Positions 55,306 through 59,561 of a stretch of DNA of 59,561 bases are shown here, one piece after another. Positions within the stretch are counted from its first letter, which is position 1. Every line of letters begins with the position of its first letter. The notes below the pieces were generated by a model. It was not told the origin of the DNA and ran no database searches. It was given only the letters and a program-made list of their open reading frames with translations. Origin of the DNA: an uncultured Pseudomonadales bacterium (GTDB taxonomy: Bacteria > Patescibacteriota > Microgenomatia > UBA1400 > UBA1449); contig CAYLQQ010000007.1 in NCBI GenBank assembly GCA_964386355.1, positions 1 to 59,561 on the forward strand. The letters run 5' to 3'. The translations under genes were made by a program, and so were the position numbers.

Positions 55306-55504
55306 GCTCTGGCCATACTCGCAAAACATTTTGCATTAATATCGCATCTTGTTCCTGATCTAATACATATCCTTCATCAAAAAACCCATGTGGAATATTA
55401 CTTAAAATGGCCAACATACTCTCGTCTAGCTCCATCTGCTCTGGAGCATGCATATACGGTCCTAGTAAATAGCGCATTTTTTGTGTAAATTCTGGTATAC
55501 CCAT
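55289..55504 (-). CDS. hypothetical small protein
   Basis: 71-aa ORF, convergent with and overlapping the previous gene by 17 nt. Confidence 0.3.
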   Translation of the reverse strand: MGIPEFTQKMRYLLGPYMHAPEQMELDESMLAILSNIPHGFFDEGYVLDQEQDAILMQNVLRVWPELNELL

Positions 55505-55569
55505 ATTAACGCTATATTATTGGACAATATATAATACAACAATATGTACGAGGTATGTATCTGAATTAT

Positions 55570-55773
55570 CTATTTAAAAACTTGATAAAGAACTAGAATA
55601 ATCAATAGTAATATTGGAAAAACAAACACCAAAGAGTTGTTTTTGGATTCTATACTATTTTTGGATATTATATGTGAGTTTAAAGTGTTTTCTGTTGCTA
55701 CTTCGTTTTTGTTTTTAGATGTATATTCAAGTTCATTTTTATTTTCTTGCACAGGTTTAAATTCCATTTTCAT
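55570..55773 (-). CDS. small C-terminally TM-anchored protein
   Basis: 67 aa. C-terminal hydrophobic helix LVFVFPILLLIILVLY. The start abuts the stop of the upstream 59-aa ORF. Confidence 0.35.
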   Translation of the reverse strand: MKMEFKPVQENKNELEYTSKNKNEVATENTLNSHIISKNSIESKNNSLVFVFPILLLIILVLYQVFK

Positions 55774-55953
55774 TTACGCTTTATCTCTGATCATCCATTT
55801 TGGTAGTTTTTCCTCTACAAAATCAGGGATACCGCTTCCATCCTTATCTTCAAAATATGTTCGGATTTCTGGAGGCATTTCATCAAAAGAAGTATACGTT
55901 TTCCCGTTAAACGTATATGAATGCGAAGAAGAGAAGCTGGTTTGAATTCCCAT
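55774..55953 (-). CDS. 59-aa small protein (below the ORF-track cutoff)
   Basis: Hand translation gives MGIQTSFSSSHSYTFNGKTYTSFDEMPPEIRTYFEDKDGSGIPDFVEEKLPKWMIRDKA*. It fills the gap between two minus-strand genes exactly. Confidence 0.35.
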   Translation of the reverse strand: MGIQTSFSSSHSYTFNGKTYTSFDEMPPEIRTYFEDKDGSGIPDFVEEKLPKWMIRDKA

Positions 55954-55960
55954 AAACTGA

Positions 55961-56359
55961 TTAATTCACGGTTGCTGATGGACTGGATTGATTTTGGATT
56001 GTTTGGCTAGAAAACTGGATCCCTGTTTTTTCGCTAACATACTTTTCTATATCCGGTATCCCTATAAAACACTTGTCTTCTGCATAGAGAAATGGTACTC
56101 CAACTGTATTAGGATTCATACCACAATTAGAGGCAGCTACTCCAAGCAGATTAGCGTTAGCCTTGTTGTCATAGACTTCTTTGCGCTCAAACTGGAATTT
56201 TTCTTCTACCTGATATGTAGTAAATGTCTCTTCCAGGGTTCTGCAGTGAGGGCATGTATTACCGTAAAAAAGGATGGTTTTACCACCGAGATTGGAGCTA
56301 GCACAAGATGCAAGTAAAAGAGGTAAGATTGCCAGAAGAATTAATCTCTGAAAATTCAT
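55961..56359 (-). CDS. thioredoxin-fold lipoprotein with CPHC active site
   Basis: Lipobox LLLASC. ILFYGNTCPHCRTLEE (DsbA-type CPHC). Confidence 0.6.
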   Translation of the reverse strand: MNFQRLILLAILPLLLASCASSNLGGKTILFYGNTCPHCRTLEETFTTYQVEEKFQFERKEVYDNKANANLLGVAASNCGMNPNTVGVPFLYAEDKCFIGIPDIEKYVSEKTGIQFSSQTIQNQSSPSATVN

Positions 56360-56417
56360 GTTTTAAGTATATACTACTTATATAATTCTTCAACTTTAAT
56401 CGCTGAGATGTCTTTTT

Positions 56418-58016
56418 CTATCGTACTGTAAGAGGGAGGTATACTCTATACGGCATTTCAACTACTTCTTTACTAAGATTTACTGTTTCTAGTGTTTTAT
56501 TCCCCTCTTTATCCTTTTGCATAATTGTTGCTGCAATATAAGCAGGCCAGCTCATACCAACCGCTTCCAGTGTATTGCCATTTATTACAAAAGGTCCCAA
56601 ATCTACTGGTTGATCAACTAATGCACCATCCTTCGAAAGGTATGCAGCAATAGCGCCATCACCCGCTTCAATCAGGTATGGTGGATAAGCGCCTCCAGTT
56701 GTTGCAAGTGTATATTGCTTACCTTCTTTTCTGCTTCCTAGTTCCATATCATATAACTTCAAGCCATTTTGGGTATCGACCGTAGTCATAGTCAATCCTT
56801 CTTCTGTTTCATACAGTGCATAAGCCATCCCCGGTACTGGACCTGGGATCATTTGCACTTCCCCTTTTATAGTTAGCCCTGTTTTTTGGAGTACAAAGGG
56901 TAGTTGCATTAATGGCTCAATTTTGCCGTCAGCATTCATTTTATAGCCCGATATCAAACTTAGTCTTTCTCCTCTAGAATCTGTATATGTAGCACCCAAA
57001 AATGTAGTATCACCGCTACCAGTCATAAAACTAGTTAACTCTGCACCTTCTGGTAATCTGGGGAAATTATTAGCAGGAAAATCACTAGATGGATAAACTG
57101 GTGGTAAATTACCTTCCGCTGCATCTAATTCTGAAGCTTCTACGATACTTGTAATACTTCCATTATGATCGACACCAACAACTCTAGGCGTGGTATTATC
57201 GTTTCTTGGTGCGTTACTAGTATCTACATGAGATCCTTGTCTTATATCCGTTCTTTCAGTACCAAAAACTCCTGTTTTAATTGCTTCGTGAATGGCTTCT
57301 AAATTAGTAGCTTGCGCTTCCCCGCTTTGAGCTTTACCTTGTGAAGCATCATCTATGTGTGGCTTTTCAATGGTTACATATACCATTTTTTCACCCCAAG
57401 ACATTAGTCTTGTTGATACAAATACTGCTGATACATTGTGCCCACTTCTGAGGTGTGTAAATCCACCAATATACTGCTCTTCACCAATACCTGTTACCTC
57501 TAGATATGCCCCTCCTTTTGAATTATTTACCAATAACGTTCTTAATACTCTTGATTCAGAACTGGGAAGAAATCTTGAAGGAAAAACCACATCAAGCCCA
57601 GCGGAGGTCCTTCCATCTGCTTCTACGCAAGCATATGTATCATTTTCAACATGGGCGGTAAGCGTAAGGCTAACGCCTTCTTTCACGATCATTATGTTGC
57701 CATTAGTTTGTAATGCTGCAATTTCTTGAGTCGGATTGCTTGCAACCTGCAAGGCTTGAGCATCTTGAGGAAGTGGAAACGTTCTTGTTTCTGCTCGTCT
57801 TTCTTGATCAATAGTATTATTAGTTTCTGCATTGGGAAGTAAAGGGACATTTGAATGTAAAGGCAATGGCTCAGTAAATAATATAGGGTAACGTTTATCT
57901 AACCATTTTTCTAAAGAATCAATCACTCCCACGCTTTCAACAATTGCAGCTTTATCAGCTGTTGTCCCATTTGGATCATAATTCTTATTTGAATCTGCTT
58001 CGTGTGAAATTACCAT
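56418..58016 (-). CDS. hypothetical protein (532 aa)
   Basis: Long ORF rich in G/T/S residues. No signal peptide or motif recognised. Confidence 0.45.
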   Translation of the reverse strand: MVISHEADSNKNYDPNGTTADKAAIVESVGVIDSLEKWLDKRYPILFTEPLPLHSNVPLLPNAETNNTIDQERRAETRTFPLPQDAQALQVASNPTQEIAALQTNGNIMIVKEGVSLTLTAHVENDTYACVEADGRTSAGLDVVFPSRFLPSSESRVLRTLLVNNSKGGAYLEVTGIGEEQYIGGFTHLRSGHNVSAVFVSTRLMSWGEKMVYVTIEKPHIDDASQGKAQSGEAQATNLEAIHEAIKTGVFGTERTDIRQGSHVDTSNAPRNDNTTPRVVGVDHNGSITSIVEASELDAAEGNLPPVYPSSDFPANNFPRLPEGAELTSFMTGSGDTTFLGATYTDSRGERLSLISGYKMNADGKIEPLMQLPFVLQKTGLTIKGEVQMIPGPVPGMAYALYETEEGLTMTTVDTQNGLKLYDMELGSRKEGKQYTLATTGGAYPPYLIEAGDGAIAAYLSKDGALVDQPVDLGPFVINGNTLEAVGMSWPAYIAATIMQKDKEGNKTLETVNLSKEVVEMPYRVYLPLTVR

Positions 58017-58094
58017 AGATAATATTCTTTTATAAAAGTACTGTATTATAGCACATTATTATACAACTTATATTATGAGCTTAATCTACAAAAC

Positions 58095-58694
58095 TTATAA
58101 TGCTATATCTAATTCCCTCTGGATAAACTCATACATGGGTGAGCCTATCTCTAAATCAAAATCTCGCGTATCCTCCAGCAACATGAGTTTGGATGCCTCA
58201 TACCCAAACAGAAATCCAGCATAATACGGCCCCTCCAAACCATCATACCCATGAATATCCCATACTAACTCAGCGTAATGCTTTATATTCCCTGGTATAG
58301 CTGAACTAGATGTCCAATCTTGCCATGCACTGGAGCTAGTTACTAGGCTATCGTCGCCATATATGCTGGTAATCATCAACTCTATTAGACCAGTAACGTC
58401 AGGTGTATGTATGGTCAAGTTTTGGTCATTAGCTATTGCTCCAGTCAAAACCAACATTGCCATAGCAGACTGTGCGTACTGCCTAAAATCCTCTGGATCC
58501 AAATGGTCCTGTGCCTGCTGTACGATTTCAAATAGCTCGTCATCTACCCAGTCCAAATGTGGAGATTTTTTAGATTTTCTTAGATTATGGAGCTCTATTG
58601 ACTGCCACACCTCCAACCATTTGTTTAACGCCCAGTTGTAGGTGATTGCATCTACTTGCAGTTCATCTGAGTGTCCAAAGCTATCTTCTTTCAT
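58095..58694 (-). CDS. hypothetical protein (199 aa)
   Basis: ORF with an acidic, W-rich composition. No motif recognised. Confidence 0.45.
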   Translation of the reverse strand: MKEDSFGHSDELQVDAITYNWALNKWLEVWQSIELHNLRKSKKSPHLDWVDDELFEIVQQAQDHLDPEDFRQYAQSAMAMLVLTGAIANDQNLTIHTPDVTGLIELMITSIYGDDSLVTSSSAWQDWTSSSAIPGNIKHYAELVWDIHGYDGLEGPYYAGFLFGYEASKLMLLEDTRDFDLEIGSPMYEFIQRELDIAL

Positions 58695-58836
58695 ATATGG
58701 TATTTCAGTATTGTAAGTCAGTGTTTGTTCTTGTAGGTAATTTGATATGAGAATAGTGAGAAATTAAAGGTATATGTTTTTATGAAATAAAATATTAGAC
58801 TAGATATTAGTGTTTAATTTTGTATAAAATGGTTAT

Positions 58837-59541
58837 ATGAAGGTTCACAATCCTGATAGTTTACAAAAGGGTTCAAAATTATCTAGAAGAGAATTTATTA
58901 AGTTTGGAGGTGGTGGTCTATTAGCATTAGGACTTAATACCCTCGGAGTACGGCCAGATACACCTGAATTGCCAAATGTGATCGAAAATGGATTTTACAC
59001 GCATGTTGATTCATATGAAGCATCTAGTTGGGTAGCTGCTAATATGGCTATAGCAGCAGCACGTTTAAATGGGTATCAGATACCAGCAGGAGGTGAATTC
59101 TCTATGGTTAGTGCATTAGGGCTTGATACCGACAAACTAGACCCAACTAATACAAACCCTAACCATGGCTATGTTATGGGTTACGTAAATTCATAATTGG
59201 ATAGAGAGGTAGGAGCGGGTGTATGTAAATCTACAACTGATATATTCCGATGCGCTTTATATTCCCCATTACGCATACCTGAAGCTCATTCACACAATGA
59301 AGTGATATCTACTTATTTTAAACATTTTCCAATGGGAACAGACGCTGCAGTTTTTGTTAATGATAAATATACTGTTGATTTAAAGCTTTATAATCCACAC
59401 AAATTTCCTTTGAGAATAAATTATCATTTACGAGATGTACGAGGAAATATAATCGCACCAGAAAGATTTTTGAGACCATTATATCCAACAGACTACGCCC
59501 TAAACTTTATAGTGGTATCACAAATTCGGACAATGCATTAA
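58837..59541 (+). pseudogene. VanW-like protein with Tat-type signal, interrupted by one in-frame TAA (59194-59196)
   Basis: SRREFIKFGGGGLLALG twin-arginine signal. ...IPAGGEFSMVSALGL...GYVMGYVNS-stop-LDREVGAGVCKSTTDIFRCAL...HSH...YF...GTDAAVF...DLKLYN follows the VanW domain pattern across the stop. Both ORFs are in the same frame. Confidence 0.6.
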
Positions 59542-59561
59542 GATGGTAAGTATATGTCCAT

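Noticed and set aside
59194-59196. The in-frame TAA in the VanW-like gene as evidence for stop-codon reassignment, or of UGA recoding as in some CPR lineages.
   Set aside because: TAA, TAG and TGA each terminate many motif-supported ORFs here at the expected lengths. Examples are TGA at 5229-5231 and 45430-45432, and TAA at 695-697. A genome-wide alternative code is therefore not supported.

Overview
AT-rich, tightly packed bacterial chromosome segment. The gene content (many small and orphan proteins, a GH57/GH13 glycogen cluster, a bacterial Elp3, a type IV pilus-type ATPase) suggests a reduced-genome, CPR/Patescibacteria-like organism; this is inference. The standard code applies, since TGA, TAA and TAG all close well-supported ORFs.

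- 0-9 kb: LysM protein, tRNA-Gly and tRNA-Thr, and a cell-envelope glycan cluster (O-antigen-ligase-like protein, Wzx-like flippase, three GT2, one GT4, one methyltransferase).
- 9-13.6 kb: AlkD-like repair protein, OB-fold/DEDD exonuclease, YgjP-like metallopeptidase, tRNA-Val.
- 13.8-18.7 kb: glycogen-synthase-like GT, GH57, GH13.
- 18.7-32 kb: transglutaminase-like protein, short UvrC, substrate-binding protein, SecG, MacAB-like efflux genes with MarR, tRNA-Lys and tRNA-Arg, a divergent Elp3 / Trm9-like pair, tRNA-His, GrpB.
- 51.8-59.5 kb: PilB-like ATPase, HemW, a block of orphan proteins, and a VanW-like gene with an in-frame TAA.

The stand-out is a retron (structured msr/msd-like ncRNA plus RT). 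Its RT gene is split inside the LPQGxPxSP motif into halves at 51006-51530 and 31956-32375. The split is caused by an ~18.7 kb integrated element that carries a large serine recombinase, terminase-like genes and a ParB-methylase. The element also carries stacked defence modules:
- an RHH-domain protein plus a Shedu-type (DUF4263) nuclease;
- a tightly coupled five-gene operon: hsdR, an OLD-family ATPase-Toprim nuclease ending in an SSB-like EEDDIPF tail, an hsdM-hsdS fusion, DUF2130, and a multi-zinc-ribbon orphan.
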